DNA of 61,883 bases, counting the filler, from Actinomycetota bacterium (GTDB taxonomy: Bacteria; Actinomycetota; Acidimicrobiia; Spongiisociales; UBA4744): assembly GCA_013152275.1 (NCBI GenBank). It is 5 parts of 5 records of this genome, joined end to end, with 100 filler letters (N's around TTAATTAATTAA, not from the genome) between each part and the next. Parts side by side here need not be neighbours in the genome. Positions count along the whole stretch, not along the records: positions 1 to 23,726 come from JAADGS010000086.1; positions 23,827 to 47,225 come from JAADGS010000055.1; 3 more parts are not named here. One strand, written 5' to 3'. A program made the translations under genes and the position numbers. The notes beneath the pieces were generated by a model. The model was not told the origin of the DNA, did no database searches, and saw only the letters and a program-made list of their open reading frames with translations. This document shows, piece by piece, positions 21,012 to 32,583 of this stretch (positions are counted from its first letter, which is position 1; each line of letters opens with the position of its first letter).

Positions 21012-21478
21012 TGCGTCGCGGACCAGCCACCAAGCGTTTCATCGAGCCGGATCCGGTGTTCCGGAACCTGCTCGTCTCCCAGGTCATCAACAAGGTGCTC
21101 CTGGACGGGAAGAAGAATGTCGCCCGCTCCGTGGTGTACGGAGCACTCGAGATCGTCGAACGCCGGGCCGGGCAGGATCCGGTCACGGTGCTCAAGCGGG
21201 CGGTCGACAACATTCGGCCGCAAGTCGAGGTCCGTTCCCGTCGAGTGGGAGGGTCCTCGTATCAGGTACCGGTCGAGGTCTCGCCGCGCAGGGCGAATTC
21301 GCTCGCCGTTCGATGGCTCGTCGGATTCGCTCGCAAGCGCAAAGAATCAAAGATGACGGAACGTCTCGCCAACGAGATCATGGATGCTTCCAACAACACC
21401 GGCTCCGCCGTCAAGCGTAAGGAAGACATTCACAAGATGGCCGAGTCGAACAAGGCGTTCGCCCACTACCGCTGGTAA
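21011..21478 (+). CDS. rpsG: 30S ribosomal protein S7
   Basis: [30 protein letters not shown]. Confidence 0.99.
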   Translation: MRRGPATKRFIEPDPVFRNLLVSQVINKVLLDGKKNVARSVVYGALEIVERRAGQDPVTVLKRAVDNIRPQVEVRSRRVGGSSYQVPVEVSPRRANSLAVRWLVGFARKRKESKMTERLANEIMDASNNTGSAVKRKEDIHKMAESNKAFAHYRW

Positions 21479-21517
21479 CCCGCTCCCACTGACAACCCCA
21501 TAGCGACTGAGGATGAG

Positions 21518-23632
21518 ATGAGTAACGGATCAAGGGACGCGCTGGCCGGATTGCGCCAGTACCCGCTGAGCCGGACCCGGAATATCGGGATCATGGCACA
21601 TATCGACGCGGGCAAAACTACCTTGACCGAGCGCATCCTGTACTACACGGGCAAGACGTACAAGCTCGGCGAGGTCCATGAAGGCGCTGCCGTCATGGAC
21701 TGGATGGAACAGGAGCAAGAGCGCGGGATCACCATCACCTCGGCCGCTACCACCGCCGGATGGCACGACCACTGGATCAATATCATCGACACGCCCGGCC
21801 ACGTCGATTTCACGGTCGAAGTCGAGCGTTCCTTGCGGGTCCTCGACGGTGCCGTTGCCGTGTTCGACGCCGTTGCGGGAGTGGAACCGCAGTCCGAGAC
21901 GGTGTGGCGCCAAGCCGACCGTTACAACGTTCCCCGCATCTCCTTTGTCAACAAGATGGACAGAATAGGGGCGGACTTCTTTGCGTCGGTTGCCTCGATC
22001 CGTGAGCGTCTGGAGGCGAACCCGGTCCCGATCCAGCTCCCCATAGGAGCCGAGGGCGATTTCCGGGGTGTCATCGACCTCATCGAAGAGCGGGCTCACA
22101 TCTGGCAGGGCGATGACGGCAAGCGCTGGGACACCGTGGCGATTCCCGACGAGCTGGCCGAGGCTGCACGCGAATGGCGGGGAAAGATGATCGAGGCGTG
22201 CGCCGATGTCGACGATTCCCTGCTCGAAGAGTATCTCGAAGATGTCACGATCGAACCCGGCGAGATTCACACGGCGATTCGCAAAGGTACTCTCGAAGGC
22301 ACGTTCACACCGGTGCTCTGCGGGTCGGCGTTTCGCAACAAGGGCGTCCAGCCGCTGCTCGACGCGATCGTGGCCTACCTTCCGAGCCCTTCGGATCTCC
22401 CGCCGATCCAAGGTTTCAAGCCGGGCGACGAGAAAACGATCGTCACTCGGCGCGCAGACGATACCGAGCCGTTTACCGCGCTCGCGTTCAAGATCATGAG
22501 CGATCCGCATGTCGGCAAACTCACGTATTTCCGTGTCTACGCAGGCACGGCACCGAAGGGCGGCCAGGTCATCAACTCGTCATCGGGTCGCAAAGAGCGC
22601 CTCGGCCGCCTACTGCGTATGCACGCCAACCATCGGGAAGACCTGGAAGCCGTTCACACCGGTGATATCGTGGCCGTGGTCGGGCTCAAGAGCACGACGA
22701 CCGGGGACACGCTTTCTGCCGTCGGTTCGCCGATTCAGCTCGAGTCGATGACGTTCCCAGCCCCGGTGATCTCGGTTGCGATCGAACCGAAGACGAAGGT
22801 CGATCAAGACAGACTCGGGGATGCCCTCCGCCGATTGTCGGACGAGGATCCGACGTTTCTCGTCCGATCCGACGAGGAGACCGGTCAGACGATCATCTCC
22901 GGGATGGGCGAGCTACACCTCGAAGTGCTCGTCGATCGTCTCGTGCGCGAGTTCCGGGTCGGGGCGAACGTCGGCAGGCCGCAGGTCGCCTATCGCGAGA
23001 CCATCAAGGGTGGCATCAAGAAGGTCGAGGGACGCTACGTGCGTCAGTCCGGGGGACGTGGTCAGTACGGCCATGTCGTCATCGACCTCGAACCGACGGG
23101 TCCTGGAGGCGGGTACGAGTTCGTCGACAAGATCAGGGGAGGTCGTGTGCCCCGTGAGTACATCCCGTCGGTCGATGCGGGGATCGAAGAGGCACTCGAT
23201 CAGGGCATCCTCGCCGGTTACCCGCTGGTGGATGTTCGAGCGACTCTCGTCGACGGGTCTTATCACGACGTCGACTCTTCGGAGATGGCGTTTCGGATCG
23301 CAGGGTCGATCGCTTTCCAAGAAGCGGCGAAGCGGGCCGGCGTGAAGCTCCTCGAGCCGGTGATGGAGGTGGAGGTCGTCACGCCCGAGAACTACATGGG
23401 GGACGTGATCGGCGACCTGTCCTCTCGCCGGGGCAAGATCGAGAGAATGGATCAACGGGGGAATGCCCGTGTCGTCACGGCGCAGGTGCCACTCGCAGAG
23501 ATGTTCGGCTACGCGACAGACCTTCGGTCTCGTACGCAAGGCCGTGCTACGTACACCATGCAGTTCCATTCGTACCAGGATGTTCCCGAAGCTATTGCCA
23601 AGGAAATCGTCGCCCGAGTTCGTGGCGAATAG
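21518..23632 (+). CDS. fusA: Elongation factor G
   Basis: [29 protein letters not shown]. Confidence 0.99.
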   Translation: MSNGSRDALAGLRQYPLSRTRNIGIMAHIDAGKTTLTERILYYTGKTYKLGEVHEGAAVMDWMEQEQERGITITSAATTAGWHDHWINIIDTPGHVDFTVEVERSLRVLDGAVAVFDAVAGVEPQSETVWRQADRYNVPRISFVNKMDRIGADFFASVASIRERLEANPVPIQLPIGAEGDFRGVIDLIEERAHIWQGDDGKRWDTVAIPDELAEAAREWRGKMIEACADVDDSLLEEYLEDVTIEPGEIHTAIRKGTLEGTFTPVLCGSAFRNKGVQPLLDAIVAYLPSPSDLPPIQGFKPGDEKTIVTRRADDTEPFTALAFKIMSDPHVGKLTYFRVYAGTAPKGGQVINSSSGRKERLGRLLRMHANHREDLEAVHTGDIVAVVGLKSTTTGDTLSAVGSPIQLESMTFPAPVISVAIEPKTKVDQDRLGDALRRLSDEDPTFLVRSDEETGQTIISGMGELHLEVLVDRLVREFRVGANVGRPQVAYRETIKGGIKKVEGRYVRQSGGRGQYGHVVIDLEPTGPGGGYEFVDKIRGGRVPREYIPSVDAGIEEALDQGILAGYPLVDVRATLVDGSYHDVDSSEMAFRIAGSIAFQEAAKRAGVKLLEPVMEVEVVTPENYMGDVIGDLSSRRGKIERMDQRGNARVVTAQVPLAEMFGYATDLRSRTQGRATYTMQFHSYQDVPEAIAKEIVARVRGE

Positions 23633-23649
23633 AAAGAAAGGGTTTTGTG

Positions 23650-23726
23650 ATGGCGAAGGCGAAGTTTGAGCGGACGAAGCCGCATGTGAATGTGGGGACG
23701 ATGGGTCATATTGATCATGGGAAGAC
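23650..23726 (+). CDS. tuf: Elongation factor Tu, N-terminal fragment (contig end)
   Basis: [25 protein letters not shown]. Confidence 0.95.
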
Positions 23727-23826
23727 NNNNNNNNNNNNNNNNNNNNNNNNNNNNNNNNNNNNNNNNNNNNTTAATTAATTAANNNNNNNNNNNNNNNNNN
23801 NNNNNNNNNNNNNNNNNNNNNNNNNN
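23727..23826. other. Artificial contig spacer
   Basis: N44-TTAATTAATTAA-N44 (stops in six frames). Confidence 0.98.
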
Positions 23827-24313
23827 GGTCATCACGCCGATCGTTGGGATGACACTCTTCCGCTCCCTGGCGGCAGACGCCCTCGAAGAGCCACAGCGCC
23901 ACTTCGAACAGCCGAGACGGGTCCAGAAGGCCTGGCCCGGGTGGGTGGCGACCATCGACGTCGCCGCGGCCGCCGTGGCGTTGTTCACCGGTGTGCTCGG
24001 GGTCCGACCGTTGGTCGTTGCCGAGACCAGCATGGAACCGGCCCTCATCCGAGGCGACGTCGTCATCGTGCGCGAACCCGTCGATGTCGCTGGTCTCGCG
24101 ATCGGTGACATCGTGATGTACCGGCAAGGAACGATGCCGGTGACCCACCGGATCGTACGCATCGAGGACACACCCGGCGGCCTGATGATCACGACCCGTG
24201 GAGACAACAACCGGTCCGAGGACACACCCGTCGCCGCAGACGCGATCGACGGGAAGGTGGTGTTCGCCGTTCCGTGGGTCGGGCGCATCGCCCTCTGGGT
24301 CCGGGACCACTGA
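23827..24313 (+). CDS. Signal peptidase I, SipW/archaeal (Ser-His) type, 5'-truncated
   Basis: TSMEP, RGDVV, VTHRIV, TRGDNN motifs. Confidence 0.85.
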
Positions 24314-24387
24314 GCCGCCGGTGGCCGCAGTGTTCCTCCCGGCCCCCGCTGCGAAGACACACCGATGACCGGCTCGCGAAGCGAGTC

Positions 24388-26617
<2,230 letters not shown>

Positions 26618-26621
<4 letters not shown>

Positions 26622-26794
26622 GTCTCTCGAGTCGCTTCCTCGATGAGCATCACGGGGATGCCGTCTCGCACCGGGTAGCGCAGTCCGCATGCGGTGCAGA
26701 TGAGGCGTTGTGCCGCTTCATCCTCTCGGAGGTCTCCGTGGCACGAAGGGCACACGAGGATCTCGGCGAGTTCGTCCGGAATGAGACCCATCAT
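26618..26794 (-). CDS. Trm112-family small protein
   Basis: [11 protein letters not shown]...[18 protein letters not shown]. Confidence 0.9.
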
Positions 26795-28131
26795 GTTCCT
26801 TTCAGTATCGACCGCACCGTAGCAACGAGTTTCTCGACAGTGGCCTCGTCGCCCGCCTCCGCGTTGAGTCGCAGGACGGGCTCGGTGTTCGACGGCCGCA
26901 GGTTGAACCACCGGTCCGGCCATTCCACCGTGAGGCCGTCCATCCGGTTCTGAGACGCGTCTTCGAAGGCGGCGGCGACACGCTCGATGGCGTCCTGCTG
27001 GTCGTCGACGTGCAGGTTGATCTCCCCGGACGCCACGTAGGGTTCGAAGTCCTTTCGGATCTCGGAGAGGGGACGCCCGTCTTCGGAGACGACCTGCAGC
27101 AGGACGAGCATCGCGAGCGTCCCGGAGTCGGCCCGGTAGTTGTCCCTGAAGTAGTAGTGCCCCGAATGCTCACCGCCGAACACCGCGCCGGTTTCGGCCA
27201 TGATCTGTTTGATGAACGAATGCCCGACCCGTGTGCGAACCGGCGTCCCGCCGGCGGCCCGAATCGCCTCGGGGACGGCACGGGAGACGATCAGGTTGTG
27301 CACGATCTTGGCTCCGGGCTCCCGGGCGAGGAACCACGTGGCGATCAGCGCGGTGGTCGTGCTTCCCGACAAGGGCTGAGAGAGCTCATCGATGAAGAAC
27401 GCCCTGTCGGCGTCACCGTCGAAGGCGACACCGAGATCGGGACGCTGCGTGCGCATCACGGCCTCGAGGTCTCGCAGGTTCTCCGGCTTCAACGGGTCGG
27501 CCGGATGGTTGGGGAAGCGGCCGTCCGGATCGAGGAACAGCGGGATGAGCTCGGCATCGAGTCTTGCGAACACGCCGGGGAGGGCCACGCCGGCCATGCC
27601 GTTGCCGCCGTCTGCAGCAACCCGTAGAGGGCCGATCCGCTTCGGCTCGACGATGGAGAGCAGATGGTCGATGTAGCCGGGGATCGGATCGAACGACTCG
27701 ACGGACCCGGTCGTTCCCGCTGCATCCAGCCCCTGTTCTGCAAGGTCCCGAATGTCGGTCAGTCCGGACTCGACTCCGATCGGCGCAGCCCCCCGGCGGC
27801 AGAACTTGATCCCGTTCCATTCGGGTGGGTTGTGCGAGGCCGTGATCATCGCCCCGGGGATGTTCCGCTTGCCCGAGATGAAGTACAGCGTGTCGGTCGC
27901 GACCAGCCCGATGTCGAGAACGTCCACCCCCTGTGCGGTCGCGCCCTCGCCGAACGCAGCCGCGAGGCCGGGCGACGATGCGCGGCAGTCGTATCCGAGC
28001 GCGACCTGCGGCGCATCGGCGAAACGGGCAAAGGCGGCGCCGATACGGCGGGCCGCGTCTTCGTCGAGATCCCCCGTGTCGGTGCGGCCCCGCACGTCGT
28101 ACGCCTTGAAGATCGGATGCAGGTCACGCAT
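26791..28131 (-). CDS. Phosphomannomutase/phosphoglucomutase
   Basis: [33 protein letters not shown]. Confidence 0.95.
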   Translation of the reverse strand: MRDLHPIFKAYDVRGRTDTGDLDEDAARRIGAAFARFADAPQVALGYDCRASSPGLAAAFGEGATAQGVDVLDIGLVATDTLYFISGKRNIPGAMITASHNPPEWNGIKFCRRGAAPIGVESGLTDIRDLAEQGLDAAGTTGSVESFDPIPGYIDHLLSIVEPKRIGPLRVAADGGNGMAGVALPGVFARLDAELIPLFLDPDGRFPNHPADPLKPENLRDLEAVMRTQRPDLGVAFDGDADRAFFIDELSQPLSGSTTTALIATWFLAREPGAKIVHNLIVSRAVPEAIRAAGGTPVRTRVGHSFIKQIMAETGAVFGGEHSGHYYFRDNYRADSGTLAMLVLLQVVSEDGRPLSEIRKDFEPYVASGEINLHVDDQQDAIERVAAAFEDASQNRMDGLTVEWPDRWFNLRPSNTEPVLRLNAEAGDEATVEKLVATVRSILKGT

Positions 28132-28169
28132 GGGGAACAGTGTAGGAGTCGCCGCCGCCTTGCCCACCC

Positions 28170-28218
28170 GTTCTCGTGACGGTTGGTGGGGATTATTCCC
28201 GTGAAGCGTCACGAGAAC
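28170..28218. repeat. 49-bp symmetric element, copy 2
   Basis: GTTCTCGTGACG-N25-CGTCACGAGAAC. Confidence 0.9.
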
Positions 28219-28249
28219 AGGTGGGAGTTGGGTCTAGACTCCCCGTGCT

Positions 28250-28978
28250 TTGTCCACACCCGTCTCCGTCGTCATGCCCGCCTACCAGCTAGGCACGTCG
28301 ATCTACGCCAACATCCTCGAAGTCTCCTCCGTCCTCGACGCCCTGGAGGGATCGGAGATCATCGTCGTGGATGACGGGAGCACCGACGACACGTTCGACG
28401 AGGCAACGAGGGCCGCAGGCGAAGTTGCGACGGTCCGGGTGCTCCGCCACGACACCAACCTAGGAAAAGGTGGTGCACTCAGGACCGGGGGCCTCGCCGC
28501 CGAACGACCGGTGGTGGTGTTCCTCGACGGTGACCTCGACCTGCCGCCCGACCAGATCCCCGATCTCGTCGAGACGCTCACCGAACGGGACCTCGACGTC
28601 CTCGTCGGAACGAAACGCTATGGAATGAGCGGTGGGCGGTACCCGTGGAAGCGGCGTCTGCTCAGCGGCATCTTCCGCCTCGTCACCCGGGTCCTGTTCC
28701 GGCTTCAGGTCAGCGAGACGCAGACGGGGCTGAAGCTGTTTCGCCGTGACGTGCTCCAGGCGGTGCTGCCTGACCTGATGGTGACCCGCTACGCGTTCGA
28801 CCTCGAACTGCTCGTCCGGGCCGACAGATACGGTGCCCGGATCGGCGAAGTCCCCGTCGCCCTGCGGGTGGGGGCGTCGTCGGCGCCTCTGTCGATCTCG
28901 ACCCTCTGGGAGATGGGCAGGGACACCTTCAAGATCTTCTGGTGGTCCCTCCGTTCTCGTGACGCTTCACGGGAATAA
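28250..28978 (+). CDS. GT2 glycosyltransferase (DPM1/polyprenyl-phosphate sugar synthase-like)
   Basis: VVMPAY, VVDDGSTD, NLGKGGA, FLDGD, ETQTGLKLF, FDLELL. Confidence 0.9.
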   Translation: MSTPVSVVMPAYQLGTSIYANILEVSSVLDALEGSEIIVVDDGSTDDTFDEATRAAGEVATVRVLRHDTNLGKGGALRTGGLAAERPVVVFLDGDLDLPPDQIPDLVETLTERDLDVLVGTKRYGMSGGRYPWKRRLLSGIFRLVTRVLFRLQVSETQTGLKLFRRDVLQAVLPDLMVTRYAFDLELLVRADRYGARIGEVPVALRVGASSAPLSISTLWEMGRDTFKIFWWSLRSRDASRE

Positions 28979-29001
28979 TCCTGGGCAACCGTCACGAGAA
29001 C
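28953..29001. repeat. 49-bp symmetric element, copy 3
   Basis: GTTCTCGTGACG-N25-CGTCACGAGAAC; the GT2 stop codon lies at its centre. Confidence 0.9.
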
Positions 29002-29011
29002 GGATGGGTGG

Positions 29012-29476
29012 CTACTCGGCGGGAGTCGTGCGACGGCGCTGATGTCGCAAGGCCCTGCCGAACACCAGGTCGCGATACGAGGCGAACTTGGGGATCAGAA
29101 TGAACCCCGTGGCAACGATGTTGGCGGCGTTGAGTGCGAACGGGCCGAGCGCCCCGAACAGCCACTCTGCGATCTTGACGACGGCGACGGTCACCGCCCA
29201 CGCCGCAACGTTCACGACGTAGAACCAGACGGTCTCCCGGATCGAACCACGCCCCTCCTTGATCCTGAACGTCCATCGCCGGTTCAGCACGTATGACATC
29301 GCGGTCGCCAGAACGAAGCCCCACGTCACCGACCAGAACGCCGACAGGTGGACCCCCCACCGGAAGATATTCAGAAGCGCGAAGTAGACCAGTGTGTTCA
29401 GCCCACCGATCAGGCTGAGCCGGAAGAACTGACCGGCCGTCTCGCGGGTGAGGAACGTGCGCAGGTAGTTCTTCAC
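29012..29476 (-). CDS. GtrA-family membrane protein (putative lipid-sugar flippase)
   Basis: About four TM segments, QFFRLSLIGGLNT, SYVLNRRWTF. Confidence 0.88.
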   Translation of the reverse strand: MKNYLRTFLTRETAGQFFRLSLIGGLNTLVYFALLNIFRWGVHLSAFWSVTWGFVLATAMSYVLNRRWTFRIKEGRGSIRETVWFYVVNVAAWAVTVAVVKIAEWLFGALGPFALNAANIVATGFILIPKFASYRDLVFGRALRHQRRRTTPAE

Positions 29477-31731
29477 CGTGCGTTCCTCCGGCGCTGCACG
29501 ATGGCGGCGCCGGCGATGAAGATCAATGCAACGATCGTGAGCGCCATGCCGGCTTTTTCGGCCAATGACGACCGGAACTGGAGTACGACGTCTTCCTGGG
29601 TCGGGACGACGATCATCAACGAGGGTGCCGCACGATACGGACCGTCCGCTCCGATCGCCCGCCAGTCGGGGAAGTAGGAGACTTTGACCATGTGCGGGAC
29701 ACCGACGGCCGTCGTATGGAACGAGATGCGGTCATTCTCCAGTTTCACGTTGCTGACGACGCCGCCGCTCGCCTCGGGAATCGAGGGGATCACCAGATCG
29801 TCGCCGACCCGTGGCCAATCAGCGGGACCGTCCGACACCAGCCAACGATCCAGCAGCCCCTCCCGGTCGTACCAGTTCAAGGTGGCCTGTGTGAAGTCCG
29901 ACCCTTCATAGACGGCCGGCACGTAGGCGGCCACGTCGACGAGCGAAGACTCCGGCAGCTCGAAGATGGCAAACGGGTCCGATTCGGTGATGAACCGCAG
30001 CTCGGGCGTGGCGAAAGCCTTCTCCTTGGCCTCGTCGGTGTAGGTGACGTAGTAGCGAACGTTGTAGAGCGCGAGGTGTTCCAGACCTCGTTTGAAATCG
30101 AAACGGTGGTAGTTCAATCCGGGTACGGGACTGGACGGCGCCAAGCTCATCTCGGCCTGGTTGAGGAAATGAAACGACGTGGTGAGCGACGACTCGAAGA
30201 ACAGGCCCTCCATGGACGCGTCCTTCCCTTCGGTCCAGTAGGGGATCAGCATCAAGGCCATCGGCGTCCCGTACTTGTTCTGGTCCTTGTTGTACTCCCA
30301 CTGGACCCTGCCGCCGGGGAGTTCGTCCAGTGTGTTCATCAGCGCGAAGTACTCGGGTGCAGCCGCCTTGCCTTCATACCCGGAGAAGTTCCACTGCACC
30401 CACCCGGGGATGAAGGTCATCCCCGCCAGCGAGGCGGCAACGATGATGAACGCCCCGGCGATCGGCAGCACGGAACCGACATGCACTCGGCGGGGCATCG
30501 TGAAGGTTCCGGCAACCGCCAGCACGCCGACACCGATGGCGATCCATCCGGCAACTCCCCCCAACACAACCTGGTCGGAGACGAGAAAGGCCACCACGGT
30601 CCCGACGACGAGGAGTCCCCGAACCCACCAGACGCCGAACCGCTCCGGCAGATGGCGTGCCAGCGCCTTGAGCGCCACCCCGAGGGCAATGCCGGCAAAC
30701 ACCCAGACGCCGAAGAAGAAGAATGGCAGAAAGCGCCCGTTCCACAGTTTGCCCTGAATCTGGTGAAAGCGCGCGGGGAGCCACGCGGGGATGTACTGGA
30801 TCAGCCAGTAGTAGACGACCGGAAAGATCGCCAGGGTCACGAACGGGGTCGCCCTCGTCGTCCGGCGCACCGCGATGACCAGGCCGACGACAGCCGGCAG
30901 GAGCAGCATCCAGATCTCCTCCGGCAGGACGTTCTTCCACCCCGAGAGGGGAACCCAGGCCATGTCCGACGAGTACCCGACCCTGGTCAGTAGCGGAACC
31001 GCCCAGAAGGCCGCCACCGAGAAACCGAGGCCCCATATCGCAAGCGTCTTCTTGGTTCCCCCCTTCCACCGCATCACGGGCAGCGAAGCAACGATCACGG
31101 CAAGGGTGGTGATGAGATGCGTCAACGCCATGAGGCCCAGGACGAGACCGGCGAGGGGAACCTTGCGCTTCCCGTCCCGAACGATCTGGACCAGCAGGCC
31201 CAGGTACACCATCACGAGCGCGAACGACCACGAGAACGAGAACTCGCCTGCCAGAGTCGACGGAATGTTGCCGCCGTAGATCGAGAAGCTCTCCATGAAC
31301 ACGAACGCCCCTCCGGCGGCTCCCGCGACCGTCGAGGTGAAGCGCGAGAACCCCATCGTCCTCACCAGGAAGTAGGTCGCCGGGGCGAGTGCCAGAAGGC
31401 CGAGAATCGAGACGATCTTGAATGCGACACCGTACGGGATGAAAACGTCGAGGAGCACGGTGGCCAGGGCGGGAATCGGGAAGTAGAAGAAGAGGAACGG
31501 ATAGCCCGCGAACCAGTCGTTGCTCCAGCCGAGGATCCTCCCTTCCGGCAGCATCACGTCACGTAGATACGCCGGGACGGCCACGTGGGCACCCATGTCC
31601 CCACCCGACGGCGTGTTCGGCGTCAGCAGCAGCACCGGGTTCATGACGATGAAGACCGCCGCAACGGCCAACCCGATGCCCGCAACCACTACCCAGAGCG
31701 GGATCGACTCGTGCGTACGGTCCGGGTTCAC
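29473..31731 (-). CDS. Polytopic membrane protein, probable GT-C-fold glycosyltransferase ('PTPS-related'/YfhO-like)
   Basis: GGDMGAH, WSNDWFAGYPFLFFY, many TM segments, extracytoplasmic C-domain with KVSYFPDW; GTG start chosen to avoid overlap with the upstream gene. Confidence 0.75.
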   Translation of the reverse strand: MNPDRTHESIPLWVVVAGIGLAVAAVFIVMNPVLLLTPNTPSGGDMGAHVAVPAYLRDVMLPEGRILGWSNDWFAGYPFLFFYFPIPALATVLLDVFIPYGVAFKIVSILGLLALAPATYFLVRTMGFSRFTSTVAGAAGGAFVFMESFSIYGGNIPSTLAGEFSFSWSFALVMVYLGLLVQIVRDGKRKVPLAGLVLGLMALTHLITTLAVIVASLPVMRWKGGTKKTLAIWGLGFSVAAFWAVPLLTRVGYSSDMAWVPLSGWKNVLPEEIWMLLLPAVVGLVIAVRRTTRATPFVTLAIFPVVYYWLIQYIPAWLPARFHQIQGKLWNGRFLPFFFFGVWVFAGIALGVALKALARHLPERFGVWWVRGLLVVGTVVAFLVSDQVVLGGVAGWIAIGVGVLAVAGTFTMPRRVHVGSVLPIAGAFIIVAASLAGMTFIPGWVQWNFSGYEGKAAAPEYFALMNTLDELPGGRVQWEYNKDQNKYGTPMALMLIPYWTEGKDASMEGLFFESSLTTSFHFLNQAEMSLAPSSPVPGLNYHRFDFKRGLEHLALYNVRYYVTYTDEAKEKAFATPELRFITESDPFAIFELPESSLVDVAAYVPAVYEGSDFTQATLNWYDREGLLDRWLVSDGPADWPRVGDDLVIPSIPEASGGVVSNVKLENDRISFHTTAVGVPHMVKVSYFPDWRAIGADGPYRAAPSLMIVVPTQEDVVLQFRSSLAEKAGMALTIVALIFIAGAAIVQRRRNAR

Positions 31732-31741
31732 GGAGGGACGG

Positions 31742-31918
31742 TCAGGAGCGACGTTTCCGCGCAAGGTCGAGGACTTCGGCCAAGGGAAGGTGTTCGCCAT
31801 CCTTGTCCCACCATTTCTGTTCACACTTGTGACACGAGTAGAAGTGAACCTCGCTGCCGTCGGGCAACCGATGGTCGATTTCTATCACATCACGAGCTCC
31901 GCACTTCGGACAGTGCAC
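31742..31918 (-). CDS. Small zinc-ribbon protein (TFIIS-like spacing)
   Basis: CPKC-x22-CHKC-x3-WW; AAGGGG SD 6 nt before GTG. Confidence 0.75.
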   Translation of the reverse strand: MHCPKCGARDVIEIDHRLPDGSEVHFYSCHKCEQKWWDKDGEHLPLAEVLDLARKRRS

Positions 31919-31948
31919 GCCCAACCCCTTCGTCGCGGCACGGAGAGC

Positions 31949-32230
31949 TTACCTGAGTTTCAGGGGCTGCTCGGGAAGCTTGCCCACATAGCGGGTACGC
32001 CTCCGTCCGTTCTCGGTCCAGTAGGCGTACCAGTACGGTCCGTGGGGGCATCGCGAACACGACGGTTTGCCACATCGGATCCCCTGTTGGCGAAGGCTGA
32101 CGTTCACATCCGAGCCCGGTGTGATCGCACCGACCGATTCGAGACGTGCCCGTGCCACGATGACGAGCCGTTGGAGTTCGTGCGTATCGAGTTCGCGAAC
32201 CGCTTCGAGCAGATCTCGGTCGATGGCCAC
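31949..32230 (-). CDS. Small Cys/His protein, DUF6788-like
   Basis: RCGKPSCSRCPHGPYWYAYW...GRRRTRYVGK. Confidence 0.75.
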   Translation of the reverse strand: MAIDRDLLEAVRELDTHELQRLVIVARARLESVGAITPGSDVNVSLRQQGIRCGKPSCSRCPHGPYWYAYWTENGRRRTRYVGKLPEQPLKLR

Positions 32231-32235
32231 CGGCG

Positions 32236-32460
32236 CTAGGCCACTTCGAGGGGAGCGAACAGCCGCGAGGTGCTTCGGTGGTCGGTGAGCGTCCATCCGA
32301 GCGGTGGGGACAGTCGATCCGAATGCGAGGCGCACAGGTGATACCCGGTGCCCGGCTCCAGCACGCCGAGGATGTCGTCGAGACGGACCGACCGCTCGTC
32401 GTAGTTGTAGGACATGACGGCTCCGGCGGGAGCACTACATCGAACGCACGTGGCAAGCAT
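32236..32460 (-). CDS. DUF3499-family protein
   Basis: CVRC...SYNY...EP...YHLCASHSDRLSPPLGW; expected syntenic position. Confidence 0.8.
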   Translation of the reverse strand: MLATCVRCSAPAGAVMSYNYDERSVRLDDILGVLEPGTGYHLCASHSDRLSPPLGWTLTDHRSTSRLFAPLEVA

Positions 32461-32522
32461 GCGGTAACGGTACCGGCCCGCCGCCCCTGGACCAAGGATC
32501 AGACCGTTTCGCCCCCCACACG

Positions 32523-32575
32523 TTGAACCCAGGGCTCAGGGGGGTCGCCACGACGCCTACGAACCCAGGGTTCAA
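32523..32575. repeat. 53-bp imperfect inverted repeat
   Basis: ttgaacccagggctc-N23-gaacccagggttcaa. Confidence 0.55.
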
Positions 32576-32583
32576 AAAGGTGG

